Source: Squalus acanthias
Taxonomy: Eukaryota
Assembly (NCBI GenBank): GCA_030390025.1
Contig: CM059432.1
Location: 68,574,001-68,638,000, forward strand
Length of the DNA stretch: 64,000 nucleotides
Direction of reading: 5' to 3'
In this document: positions 26,663-39,399 of the stretch, one piece after another
Position numbering within the stretch: the stretch's first letter is position 1
Layout of the letters: each line of letters opens with the position of its first letter
Program-made: the position numbers and the translations under genes
Notes under the pieces: generated by a model
The model's database searches: none
What the model saw: only the letters and a program-made list of their open reading frames with translations
Told to the model about the DNA's origin: nothing

Positions 26663-26897
26663 TCCAAAGCCAACACTTGAAGAAGTACAGTCCTGGGGTC
26701 AGTCTTTCGACAAGTTAATGAAAAGTCCTGCAGGAAGAAATGCATTCCGAGAATTTTTACGAACAGAATACAGTGAGGAGAATATGCTGTTCTGGCTAGC
26801 CTGTGAGGACCTTAAGAAAGAAGTCAACAAAAATCTTGTTGAGGAGAAAGCAAGATTAATATATGAGGATTATATATCCATCCTTTCACCTAAAGAG
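26663..26897 (+). CDS. RGS20: Penultimate coding exon of an RZ/A-family RGS protein (RGS20-like; RGS19/RGS17 not excluded), N-terminal part of the RGS domain
   Basis: Acceptor ttatacag| and donor AAAGAG|gtgagt. Translates PKPTLEEVQSWGQSFDKLMKSPAGRNAFREFLRTEYSEENMLFWLACEDLKKEVNKNLVEEKARLIYEDYISILSPKE, recognisable RGS17/19/20 sequence; PTLEEV and GRNAFREFLRT favour RGS20. Confidence 0.9.
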
Positions 26898-27082
26898 GTG
26901 AGTTTATTTTACAATAAATATTTTCGGGTCATTGAACAAAATATAGCAACAATGGAAACCGAGTCCTGTTCAGAACACCTGGTTCCATCATTAAACCTTA
27001 TAAATTCCCTTTATAATGCCAAAATGTGACTTGGTGAATAGGCAACTTAGTGACAATAACCTAATAAAACAAAAGAAACATA

Positions 27083-27832
27083 GGCGCAGAAATTCCATTC
27101 GCAGCCCTCCCGCGGGCGGAGGGCTGCGATTCGGAAAAATCTGTGCCTGGACCGGAGGGCTCCCGGGAGGCGCAGAATTCCATTGCTGTGCATCTTCAAA
27201 CTGCCGGTGTGCAGGGCACGCGTATCCCAGGGGTGCAGGTAGTTCGCAGCGTCCCTGGGATCACGTGGGCCATGGGGAGCCAATCAGAGCAGGGAATCTC
27301 CATTCATAGATTTGACAGGAAGACCTGTCAAATCTATGAATAGAGATCAGCCCCAAAACATAAGTAAAACTTCAAATAAATTTTTAAAAAAATCACATTT
27401 TTAAAATGACTACAAATTACATAAATTAACTGTTTTAAACAAAAATTTAAATTTTTGAAAAAAATAATTAAAGTTTTTAATGGGGCTAAAAATAAACTTA
27501 CCTTTCTTTAAAGTATTTTAAAATGATAAATCAGTAGAAAAATATATTTTTTTTTTACTTAAACTATTAGCCTGCTAAAAGCAAGCCTTGCACCTGCTTT
27601 TCTAGGCGCAGCTGTTCCCGACTTACCTGGACTCAAGCCAGTGTGAAAAAAACGGAAGTTTCTAACGTACGCGCTGCCTGTCCGGCACAGGCGTTTGACC
27701 TCGGAAGCCCTTTCTGCAGAGAACGGAAGTGCCGGTTTCCAGTGCAGTGCATGCGTAAAACCAGCACTTCCGTTGGCCCTACGGGTGAGTACACAGTGCG
27801 TACACATCCGTAGGGAACGGAATTTCTAGGCC
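27083..27832. mobile_element. Harbinger-type MITE with an internal hairpin and AT-rich core
   Basis: TIRs GGCGCAGAAATTCC / GGAATTTCTAGGCC; ATA TSD; palindrome TTCATAGATTTGACAGG-AAGA-CCTGTCAAATCTATGAA at ~27303-27340; same family as 51923-52820 in opposite orientation. Confidence 0.85.
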
Positions 27833-29175
27833 ATAATTTTCCCTCTTCTTCCAGAAAAGTGCATCACAACTGGAAAGGGCAGAATAAGGGTGGGGATAGA
27901 TCACAGCTGCCTTTGGGGAATTGTAGTATAGGTCGTCAATAGAATAAGGTTTAACCATAGAAAGAACTATAACTGTGCCAAAGTCAAATTAATGTGGATG
28001 ATTACAGACTGAAAAAAAATCTAACAGGTACAACTACAGGTGAGTGGTACATCTATTTATAAAGTAGATAATAAACTACTATATTTGGCTTTGGCAGTGA
28101 GGTGCATTACATACCCTTAGTTCCTAAAGGACAAACTTTAATGATGAAACAAAAAAAGGCTGTTTGGCTCATTGAGCCCATTCACTCCACAAATCAAGTA
28201 CAATTTGATCTATCATGGACTCTACCCAACTCAATCTCCTGATCGTGCAAGAAACCACAACATCTCCAAGAAGATAAAGCTTTTGAAATTTCTCCCTAAC
28301 CCCAAAACTAATTGAATGAAATGCTAGGATATCAACCAACCTGCACCCATTGTTTGGTCTTTGCTCAGCTGATCAATAGTACCCGTGTCTGGTTCTGCAA
28401 CTTGAATGCTGCTGCTCCCTTTTATTTTCTGAGGCTTGGGATTTTTGCGAGGCCTGCGTGTCTGATTTCTGAGGCAAATACTGAGTGGAGAGGCCGGGAC
28501 CAGAAGGCGGGACAACCGGGCTGTATTGGGCCGCCGTTACACATTTTCTGGAAAGTATTGATCACTTATGTCTGCACGTATTCTTAGAACCTTTAATTAA
28601 GTTCATAAATTGATATTCATCAGGCTCCTTTTTTGTTAAAGGAGTTAACAACATAACATTAAATGTATGGGTGTGAGGGAGGAAAGAAGGTGATTCTTGT
28701 AATCTCTATCCAGCTAATCCCTTACATACTCTTTCTACTGATGCAATGTTTTGCTACAGAAGATCAACTGGGTAATGGTCTGTCAATGTTTTTAAAGCAG
28801 GCTGTTCCAGAAACCAAGCCTATTCAAAAATTCCCTATTGTAGCCTCTTTAATTCAAACGCCCCAGTTTTTTGTAGAAAAACAAAAAAATACTCAGAAGA
28901 TACTGAAACATTCTTAATTCAAAAAATACCATGGTTGCGGAAATTAAAGTCATACCATGATGCACAGGGTGCCCATGCCCATTCAAAGTGGTGAAGGCAA
29001 CACGCAAAATGCACTGAGCTCAGCGCTAAACTCGCCGCTGGTTGGCTCAGTGCTCGAGGGGGGCCAATATCAGGTGCAGTTTCCTGACCAATAAAATTTT
29101 GTTTAGGCTTTCTGCACTTCTTAAAGAGGAGGTGCTTTGTTGCAGCAACACCTCATTGTTACTCTGGATGCAGCC

Positions 29176-31070
29176 ATGTCGCAACAGGGAAGAGATAGGG
29201 CAAGGCGCTTATCTGATGTAGCACTGGAGGCCTTGGTCCTGGGGTCATACAGAAGACAGGTCCTCTACCTGCTGGGGGGCAGCAGGCCTTCCAGACAGAA
29301 CGCCAGAAGGCAGTGGGAGGAGATAGCACAAACCATCAGTGCCACGTGTGTTGCCCCCAGGACCTGGATCCAGTGCGGCAAGAAGTTTAATGACCTCATG
29401 AGTGGTCAAGGTGAGTGAATGCATCTTCAAATGCCATATCCTACCAACTGCACCACTAGCCTCACACAGTGCTCAATGTACCACACCCCCATCACTCACC
29501 TACCAACAATCTCTAGCAATCACGACTCATATCTCACAATCATAGATTCACCTCACACACTTACCACTGCTGCAAGCTTCACACCCACACCTCACACCTT
29601 GCACACAATGTCAGCTATACAACCATGACCGGCACATCACCCAAACACATTGCACCACACTCACTGACACACATCCCTTTCTCTAGCAGGCCAAGGTGGC
29701 ACGTGCAGACAGGCAGATGGGAGGCATATCTTCAAAACCTCACTGCGCTGGAGGAGATGGTGCTGGAGATAATTAGAGGGGCCGTCACTGAGTCCAGGTT
29801 GAAAGCGGCGAGGTTGAAAGCATTGCTGATGACGATATGCACATACTTAATCCTTCTTCTCGCATCCCACTTTCCCCTCATCGCGCAATCTTTTCTCACT
29901 TACAAGCTGCTGATGGTGTAAGTGAGCACATCTTGCTTTGCCCCCTCCCCTCACTACAACCCGATCCTTGTGCTTTTCGCCTTTCAGATACCCAAGAACT
30001 GCCAGCAGCCCAGCCTGTCCCCAACCAAGTAGAGGAGGAGAGTGATGGAGAAGAAGAGGCACCGTCACTTGATCTGACACTCCCAGGCACCAGCTCAGAA
30101 AATGGCCCTGCGCGAACTTTAGAGGGTAGTATAGAGGCGGGATCTGCATGTGGTGAGTCACCGGGCACGACTGGGCTGCAGCCAGGCCCGGGGGAAAGGG
30201 TAGCTCAGGTGCCAGCTCCCCAGGGTGCGAGTTCACACACGATTTCTGCTGCGCAGGAGTCAGGTGATGACTTCGATCGGACGGCCTTCAGAAGAAGGGT
30301 GATGGGCATGCACATTGAAATGCTTGGTGCAATGGCAGACCTGCCAGAGAGCCTCCTGTCAGTGTTCAGGAGCATGGAGGAGTCCAGCTCCAACATTGCA
30401 CGGGGCTTTGCGCGGAGCTTGGAGTCCATGATTTCCAGGATGGAAGTGATGAGCAACTCCATTAGAACACTTGTGGACCCAACCATGATGCGGGGTGTGA
30501 TCGGCGATGTCGCAGCTTCCATTGCAGCACAAGCGGAAGGACCCCAACGTCTGAGTGCTACACTGGAAGCTCAAACTGCTCACCTGCAGGCTCAGCTTGC
30601 TGCCATGCAAGCTCAAACTGATCCCATTGTGGCTGGGTTTACAAGTGTTGAAAGGGACTTGCAGGCTTGCACAGCAGTCCAGTAATCTCTGCTCCAACAG
30701 ATGGCTAGGAATGCTGAGGCTCCGCCCCAAGGAAGTGGCAGTAGCCCTGTGGAGCAAGAACTAGCTGTCCTCTCTCAGGATGACGGCATCGGACTCCCAC
30801 CCCTGTCGCTCCACCAGTGCCCTTGCTGCTGCCTGTCAGCCAGCCAGCCCAGACTGCTGTTTCCCATGCCAAGGTGGTGCAGTCCGCTGCCGAGCCTTCT
30901 AGGCCCAGAGCTGCTTGAGGTTATCCTGCAAAGCCATCTCCAGTGTCCCCCACGGAAAGTCAGCAGCCTTCTGCTAGCTATGCCACAGCCACTGGGGTAG
31001 CACTGCGTAGGAGCACTTGAACAGGCAAAGGAACACAAAAGACAAACACCAAGGGAATGCACAAGGGTGA
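29176..31070 (+). pseudogene. Harbinger Myb/SANT-like DNA-binding protein, 3 exons, disrupted
   Basis: Exon 1 RARRLSDVALEALV...WEEIAQTISATCVAPRTWIQCGKKFNDL with donor CAAG|gtgagt at 29410; acceptors at 29689 and 29987; coiled-coil-like exon 3. Confidence 0.75.
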
Positions 31071-31235
31071 TTAGTTGACTTTGTTATGTAGTATTGGATT
31101 GATTCATTTATAAATTATGTTTGGAATGTTTGTGGTGGCCCTCATTTTAGCTTTGTGCCCAAAAGGATGCTGTGATGTTCCGTGACAGAAGGATAGTAAG
31201 GTGGGAAAATTTTGGGCAATGGGGATCTGGGCTTT

Positions 31236-32303
31236 CATTCAGGGGAACCGAAGTTTGATGTGGCGCTCATGGACAGCCTGTCCGGAACGGGGATCTGCAG
31301 TCTGCCTCCTCTTCCTGAGGTGGTTACAGAACCTGTGGTGGCAACCCAAGTTGTGGAGGATGCAGAAGACCACCACGAAATGGGACACCCGCTCCGGCGT
31401 GTACTGGAGGGCTCCTCCCGAGCAGTCATGTCAGGGGAACCATTGCTTTAGCACCCCGATGGTCTGCTCGATGAGGTTCCTTGTGGCAGTATGGCTCTCG
31501 TTATATGACTGCTGTCCACAAGTGGTGGGGATGCGGAGGGGAGTCATCAGTCAGGTGTAGAGCGGATAGCACTTGTCTCCGAGCAGCCACCCTTGGGTTC
31601 GACGTGGTGGCTGAAAGATTGCTGGTACACCCGGACTGGCACAGGTTGACGGCATCATGACTGCTGCCAGGATACCGGGCATTCACCATCATGATGTGCT
31701 GGGTGCGTTGCACATTAAGCCTTTGCTCAGGATTGATATGCGGTGCCCACAAAGCCACGTGTGTGCGGTCGATTGGGCCCTGCACCATGGGGAAGCCCGA
31801 TATCCTGGCAAAGCCATATGCACGCTCTTCCTTCTTCTCTCTGTTCAGAGATAATACAATGAAGACCCTTCTCCTAGAGTACAGAGCCTTTGTGACCTCC
31901 TGGATGCTGCGATGGATGGCGAACTGGGAGATGTTAGCTATGTCCCTTGCTCCAGACTGGAAGGATCCGGTGGTGAAAATATTGAGGGCAACGGTGCCCT
32001 TGAGAGCCACTGGCAGCGCTGTTGTCGCCCTTCTCTGAGGCTGCAGCTCTGATTTCAAGAGGTGGCATAGTTCTATGACCTCATCCTTGATGAAGCGGAG
32101 CCTCAGAATACACTGCTTCTGGCTTAAGTGCAAGTAGGAGAAGTGCTCTTGGAAGACCCTAGATGGGTAAGGCCTCCTGCTGAGAGCCCTCCTGTCCCTC
32201 CTCCTCCTCCTCCTCCTCTGTGAGCAGCTTGTCATTTTTGCTGCCTCTGCTCCATCTCCCTGTCATGCTCCAGCGCGAGGGGGACTGCAAGTAGAGCCCC
32301 CAT
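31236..32303 (-). pseudogene. Harbinger (HARBI1-like) DDE transposase, disrupted
   Basis: LRLRF, TGSFQ, GFPMVQGPIDRTHV, ARYPGSSHDA, WLLGDK, NLIEQTIGVLK motifs; frameshifts. Confidence 0.85.
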
Positions 32304-32745
32304 GACTGGGAGCAAGTGGTCTGAGCAGAACCCTTGAATTCAGAAGCAAGGCCTTCTCCACTTGCAGCATCACTCCCTGTCACCTCACCAATGAAACCGG
32401 CCTACAGTCTGCACTAAGGTACCGAATTTCATGGCCATTATTCTTTCTTGTTTACTGAGTGTAAGTAATTTAGGAACATAATATAGAACCAGAATTTCCT
32501 TACACAGAAATTACGCCAAAATTTACACCACTCTGTGCCAAAATCTCAGATTAATGCTATTGCTTCTCATATTCTATTTTCCCCATATCTGCCACATTCT
32601 TAAATTAAATACATTTTCTATATGTTTGACTCTACTTCAAAGCTGTCCTTTGTTGCAAATATTGCTCTGTGATTGGAATGAGGGAGGTGCTTCCATTGGA
32701 TGAGATTGGTTCCGTTTTGTTTTTCCTTTTGAGTACTGAAACAAA

Positions 32746-34446
32746 GGCCAGAATTTTCCAGGGTGGTAGCGGGCAGGTCGGTTGGGAAAGTTGTTATTTT
32801 TGACAGCTGTCATCCCGCCCCCACGCGCCTTTCCCCACGGAGCCGGCTCGACCGGTAGCAGCGGGTGACCCAATTGAAATCATTATCAGGTAGTTCACAG
32901 ACACTTAAGAGCCTTTTTTCAATTACTTTTTAAATTTCCCTGCATGGCCACGGGATTCACATTGCTCGGGATCCACATCTGTCAACCTGAGGCGGGAGTT
33001 CCATGGCCATTGCTCCAGCTGATTACTTGACAGCATGAAATGTACAGTAAAAGCTCCCACCTGACAAATGATCACTTTCCTCAGGCAGAAGCTGTTGCTC
33101 AGTCCATTTCCAGCACAGATTCTGCAGGCTGCAAGTGTTTCCAGCAAAGTCTCCATCCAGTGTCACCTCATTGGAAGAACTCTCTCATCATTGAAAGATT
33201 GCTTCTGTCATCTGTACTTCACCTGCCATCTATTCCATCAGTATGGGTGCCAGTTATACTGTCTCGCCTTGGTCCTCAGAATCGGACCACGATGAGCCCC
33301 AACACCAGCAGCACCAACAACAACACCAACCTTCTCCACAATCACCTGATGCTGCACAGGACACAGGGCATCAGCACCCGAGCACATTGCTGCCCGGAAG
33401 GCCAGGGATGGCCTCATCATGGCCAGATTTATTTAACTTTACGTTGTACACCCATATAGCTGCCACATGATGCGTCAGGTTGGCACCACCCCACACCAAC
33501 ACCATAAAGCATCCCTACAATGCCCAAGCCATTCTTTTCACACTTTTCACCATTGCGGGGGGTACCGTTATGTCTCACCATTCACAGCAACTCACTAAGC
33601 CACTTCCAAAGGTGCACACAAATCTGTCCAAGACTGGAAAGTGTTAAAAATAAAGATTTTTATGTTTGACACCACATTAACAGAAACTTTACATAAATAT
33701 TGGATAAAACACCCAAGTGCCTACACTTATGTGTTGTTAGTTGGTATGATTGCACTAGTGTGAGGGGTGGCTAGTGAGATGGGGATGTGATAATGTAGAT
33801 AGAGAGGGATGGGTGGAGGTGCAAGGTATGTTGGTGTGAGTAAGGATGTGCAGGAGTAGGGTAGGGAAGGCAGAGTGATGGGGATGTGATGAGAGGCACA
33901 GCAGGATGAGGTCGAGTGTGGCTTTGTACTAACGTTTCCTGATCTAATGAGATCATTGACTTGTTTGCTGCACTGCACCCAGGTCTTCCTGACCACATCC
34001 CTGCTTGTGACCTCCTGTGCAAAGTGCAACCAGGCTGTGTTGGGCTCCTGGGGAGGTGTCTTCCACCCATCGGAAGGGAAGAGGACCTCCCTGCGTGCTC
34101 TGACTTCCTCCATAAGCATATGAAGGGAGTCATCGGAGAACCTGGGTGCAGCCCTCTGCCTCTGTGCAGTGATGGTCAGTGTTTGCAGCACTCCAATGCT
34201 GTAGTGCACTGACAGTACTATGTTAGATGAAACTTCAAATCCAATGTGGCCATGGTCCCTTAAAGATGCCGGCTGAAAACGCGTCATGAAGACGTCACCA
34301 GACCTGCTCCATCTCATTGGGCTGGGTAACGCGCTGGGCGGGCCTAATAGGCCCCATTAAGGTAAGTTCATTTTCAACAGCAGGATTGAGCCAGCAGCGG
34401 GGTCGTGACCCGCCACAGACCCGCCCAGGTAGGCAAAATTCTGGCC
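32746..34446. mobile_element. Internally deleted Harbinger element
   Basis: Perfect TIRs GGCCAGAATTTT/AAAATTCTGGCC with AAA flanks; keeps the transposase N-terminus (+, MGASYTVSPWSSESDHDEPQHQQ, homologous to 54581) and Myb exon 1 (-, AAPRFSDDSL...WVQCSKQVNDL). Confidence 0.85.
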
Positions 34447-36455
34447 AAAGAGTGTACAACAGACAGACATAGCTGGGACACATTCGAGTTCCCATAGCGA
34501 CACCTTTTTTTCTGGAGGAAGTGTGTGGAGTCAAAGGAGAAGTTATTCAAAGTGAGAACAAGTTCAGCCAGGCAGAGGAGGGTGTTGGTGTATCGGAACT
34601 GGTTGGGCTGCTGTTCAAGGTTGAAGCAGAAGGCCTACAGGCAATGGTCCCCCTATTTTATTTTGGGTGCATGGCCCATTCACAGTTTTGCGCATGCGTG
34701 AAATTTAACATTGAAAAAGTCAGTCCCGGGCTGCGCGGGACTGTTGCCCACAGGTCTGAGCTGTACCTATCTTATTGGAAGATATATTGGACTTCTGATC
34801 TAGTCCTACTCAGGCTTCCTCCTTGACCTCTTGATGATTATGTTCGTGCTGCTTCCTGCTCTTGCTCTGATTTGGAGAATTTCATTAACTATGCTTCAGA
34901 TTTCCACCCATCCCATACCTTTATGTGGCCCATATCTGACTCTTCCCTTCCCTTCCCGGACCTTTCTCTCTCTAATACTAGCATTGAACTTTTCACAGAC
35001 ATCTATTCTAAGCCCACTGACACTTCTTCCCACCCCACTTCCTGTATGGACTCCATTCCTTTATCACAGTTACACAGTCTCTGTATCTGCTTTGATGACT
35101 CTACTTTCCACCAGAGTTTCTGAAATATCTTCCTTTTTCATCAACTGAGGATTCCTCTCCACTGTCATAGACAGGACACTCAACCAGGTCTGCTACATTT
35201 CCCATGCATCTGCTCTCAGCCCTCTCCCGCCTCATAAATTTCCTCCTGGTCCTCACCTTCCAGCTCACATTGCCAGATCATCTCCTGCCATTTCCACCAC
35301 CTCCAACATGATCCCAGCGTCAAACACATCTTCCCCTTCCCTCGTCTCTGTTTTCTGAAAGGACCAATCCTTCTGTGATACCTGGTTCACTTTTCCAACA
35401 ACTGCTCTCCTTTCCCTGGCTCCTTCCTGTGCAAGTGTAGGAGATGAAGCACCTATCCATTCTTCTTTCCCTCACCACTGTCCAGGGCCCCAAACACTCC
35501 TTCAAAGTGAGACAGCATTTTACATGTACTTCCTCCAACCTAGTTTATAGTATCTGCTGCTCGTGGTGTGGTCTCCGCTAAAGCTTAGGGGAGACCAAAT
35601 GCAAATTAGTTAACTGCTTTGCTGAACATCTCCATTCTGTTTGTAAGTGCAACCCTGAGCTTTCTGTCGCTTGTCATTTGAATTACCTATCTCACTCTCA
35701 CTCTGACCTCTCTGTCTTTGACCTTTTATAGCATTCTAATGAAATTCAACAAAAGTTTAAGGAACGGTATTTTATCTGTCTATTAGGCACTTTGCAGCCC
35801 TCTGGGCTTAACATTGGCTTTACTCATTTCAGACCTTAACGTGCTAATATTGTGGGATGGGTGTATCGACACATCTGGGGGTGGGGGGGGTGGGGTGGCG
35901 GGGGTGGATTGGAGATTAGGATGGAGATCCTCCATTGGAATAAAGTGCTGGTGAGGCAGTCTGTAACCTTGGTATCAGACTGCATTTTTATTCCGCTAAG
36001 ACTTCTGAATACTGTTCCATTTTGACAGCTTCTCCCGTTTCCAATTCAGATCTGCCTTACGCCACTACCCCCCAGTAGCCCCCCCACCACCCCCGCCCAA
36101 ACACCGTATCAGCAATTCACACATCCTTTGTGTCTCTTAAATGTCTTTAATTTTGCTCATTAAGCTTCTTCTTATCATCTCATATTAATATCACTTCAGC
36201 CATTTAATCATCTGCTGTTTCCTTTTAAGCACTTCACAGGTCTTTCCATCTCATGTGCGTGTTTGTTTTTTCCCTCAATCTTCTCTTTGTTCTGTTCCTT
36301 TTTTATATGCTGTTCATCTTTCATTTTTTCCAATCTTGATGAAGAGTTACACCTGAAACATTAACTTGTCTGTTTCCTCCACAGATACTGACTGACCTGC
36401 TTCCAGCATTTTCTGTTATTGTTTCACATTTCTAGCATTTGCAGTTTTTTTTTTT
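34447..36455 (+). mobile_element. Decayed Penelope-like element (RT + GIY-YIG) with an inverted 5' segment
   Basis: Minus strand 34447-34640: LVLTLNNFSFDSTHFLQKKGVAMGTRMCPSY. Plus strand: DD..., ENFINYASDFHPS, LPFPDL, YSKPTD, then CTSSNLVYSICCSWCG...GETK...FAEH (GIY-YIG). 3' end TTGATGAAG...CCTGAAAC...CCACAGAT. Confidence 0.8.
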
Positions 36456-36844
36456 GTTCTTTCATATATATGCAAATAATCTGGCCATATAGAAGTCAAT
36501 GTTTTAAACATCAGACTTAATGGAACAATTTCAGCATAGGTACTCTGTTTAAAAATCAAACTGTTAGAAAGAGCTGCAATTAATGCCAATGTAAACTCAT
36601 TTTTTCTATTAGTTGAAAACAATGCATTGAAGACATTGGTGAAACTGTCTTGAAGAAGTTACTGAACTTACCTGTGAGAGCTGAATTAACATCAAGATCG
36701 GGAGAGACAGTCATTAACCCGGGTGCTTCAGTAACCATGCTATTAAACTGTCTGTGTTTATTTAGCCTTTTCATACTGCTAGGCATAGCAACCCATTCAA
36801 GCCAGTACTCCATCTGTCATTAGGAGCCATCAGTTAAACAAGCA

Positions 36845-38620
36845 TAAGAACATAAGAATTAGGAGCAGGAGTAGGTCATACGGCCCCTCAAGCCTGCTCC
36901 GCCATTCAATAAGATCATGGCTGATCTTCGACCTCAACTCCACTTTCCCGCCCGATCACCATATCCCTTGATTCCTCTAGAGTCCAAAAATCTATCTATC
37001 TCAACGACTGAGCAGCCAGAGCATTTTGGGGCAGAGAATTCCAAAGATCCTTCCTGAGATAAGGAGATCAAAACTGCACAGTACTCCAGGTGTGCTCTCA
37101 TCAAGGCCCTGTACAATTGTAGCAAGACTTCCTTACTCTTGTACTCCAACCCTCTAGCAATAAAAGCCAACATGCCATTTGCCTTCCTAATTGCTTGCCG
37201 GACCTGCATGCTATCTCTGTGTTTCTTGTACTAGGACACCTAAATCTCTCCGAACACCAACATTTAATAGTTTCTCACCATTCAAAAAAAGTATTCTGCT
37301 TTTCTATTCTTCCTACCAAATTGAATAACCTTACATTTCCCCACATTGTAGTCATCTGCCACCTTATTGCCCACTCACTTAACCTGTCTATATCCCTTTG
37401 CAGGCTCTTTGCGTCCTCCTCACAGCTTACTTTCCCACCTAGCTTTGTATTGTCAGCAAACCTGGATACATTGCACTTGGTCCCTTCATCTAAGTCATTA
37501 ATATAGATTGTAAATAGCTGAGGCCCAAGCACCCCACTTGTTACAGCCTGCCAATCTGAAAATGACCCATTTATCTCTACTCTCTGTTTTCTGTCCATTA
37601 ACCAATCCTCTATCCATGCTAATACATTATCCCCAATCCCATGTGCACTTCTCTTGCGTAACAACCTTTTTATGTGGTGCCTTATCGAATGCCTTTTGGA
37701 AATCCCAATATACTACATCCACTTTATCTACCCTGCTAGTTACATCCTCAAAAAGCTCTAATAAATTTATCAAACACGAGTTCCCTTTCATAAACCATGT
37801 TGATTCTGTCGAATCATATTATGTTTTTCTAAGTACCCTGTTACCACTTCCTTAATAATGGATTCCAGCATTTTTCCGACGACCAGTGTCAGGCTAACTG
37901 GCCTGTAGTTCCCTGTTTTCTCTCTCCCTCCTTTCTTGAATAGTGGTTACATTTGCTACCTTCCAATCGGCTGGGACTGTTCCTGAATCTACTGAATTTT
38001 GGAAGATCACAACCAATCTCTGCAGCCACCTCTTTTAGAACCCTAGGATGTAAGCCATCAGGTCCAGGGAATTTGCCGGCTTTTAGTCCCATTAGTTTCT
38101 CAAGTACTTTTTCTCTACTGATATTAATTACTTTATGTTCCTCACTCTCATTAGCCCCTTGATTCCCCACTATTTTTCATATACTTTTTGTGTCTTCTAC
38201 TCTGAAGACAGATACAAAATATTTGTTTAAGGTCTCTGCCATTTCTTTATTCCCCAATATAATTTCTCCTGTCTCAGCCTCTAAAGGACCAACGCTTGCT
38301 TTTGCTGCCCTCTTCCTTTTCACTTACTTGTAGAAGCTCTTACAATCTGTTTTTATATTTCTTGCTAATTTACTCTCAAATTCTATTTTCTCCCTTTTTA
38401 TCAGTTTTTTGGTCATCCTTTGCTGGTTTCTAAAGCTCTCCCAATCCCCAGGCTTACTACTATTCTTTCCAACATTCTAAACCTCTTCTTTTAATCTAAT
38501 ACTATCCTTAACTTCTTTATTTAGCCATGGATGAGTCACTTTTCCTGTGGATTTTTTATTTCTCAATGGAATGTATATTCGTTGAGAATTTTGGAATATT
38601 TCTTTAAATGTTCACCACAT
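36845..38620 (-). mobile_element. 5'-truncated CR1
   Basis: GPDGLHPRVLKE, FADNTKLGG, LYRAL.RAHLEYC; (CTTATGTT) tail; internal deletions. Confidence 0.85.
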
Positions 38621-38660
38621 ATTCAAAAAGAATGACAGATATAGACCAAAACAACATATT

Positions 38661-39399
38661 GGCCCAGATTTTGCGATAAGAATAACTGTATGGCTATCAG
38701 CGCTCACCGTATTAAGGAGTAAATTGGACAGCAACTTCCAGCTTCCGTACATGCACAGTTAAACATGGAAATCCAGAAGCTGCTGTCCGATTTGCTCTGC
38801 TCCTTCACAAGCTTTGCTACACTGGTACCTCGCCGAGAAATTCGGCATTCAAACCCATGAAGGGCGTGAAGTTGGGGTACTTACTCACTAGATACCCACT
38901 AAACACGCCAGAAAAATTAGGGCTTTTCCACTCAAATGTAAGTGAATTGTTAACAGTCTAAATTACTGCCAAACAACCTCTCTGGCACTTAAAATTTACT
39001 TTTGCAAGTGTGGAGTCTCATTCCTTCAGATTTTAATTATTGTTGGATATTTTAAAAGTAAAAATTTTTTTAACTTTTTATTTGTGTTTCTTCTCTCTCT
39101 TAACCCCATCTTTCTTTCCCTCTCTTTATTTTGCTTTGTGTACCTGATTTTACATTGAATTAAATATTCTAACTTACATTTCCTGGTTTAAACTCTGCAT
39201 GCCTCAATAAGGATTCTTCAATCTGATTGGTTGAAGAGACACACTGTTGCTTGTTCTGTTCACACAGGTCCCAGATTCCCTGTAGAGAGCGCGGCGCTGT
39301 ATCAGACTCCCGATGACTGTCAGTTGCCACTCAAAAGCCCACGAAAATTCTGTGGGCAGTTGTAAGCGTTCGTTCACCACTGACCGCAAAATCCAGGCC
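38661..39399. mobile_element. Harbinger-type MITE
   Basis: TIRs GGCCCAGATTTTGCG / CGCAAAATCCAGGCC; flanks ATT/ATC. Confidence 0.75.

Larger units (their letters stand above)
28933..32436. mobile_element. Decayed two-gene PIF/Harbinger transposon
   Basis: Convergent Myb/SANT gene (+) and DDE transposase (-); right end GAATTTCATGGCC; left end poorly conserved. Confidence 0.85.

Noticed and set aside
26718..27029. 103-aa ORF as a complete gene
   Set aside because: It is an internal RGS exon reading into the intron; the true exon is 26663-26897.
29176..32303. Domesticated HARBI1/NAIF1/MSANTD host genes
   Set aside because: Multiple frameshifts and stops, several diverged paralogues in the window, and transposon-like ends.
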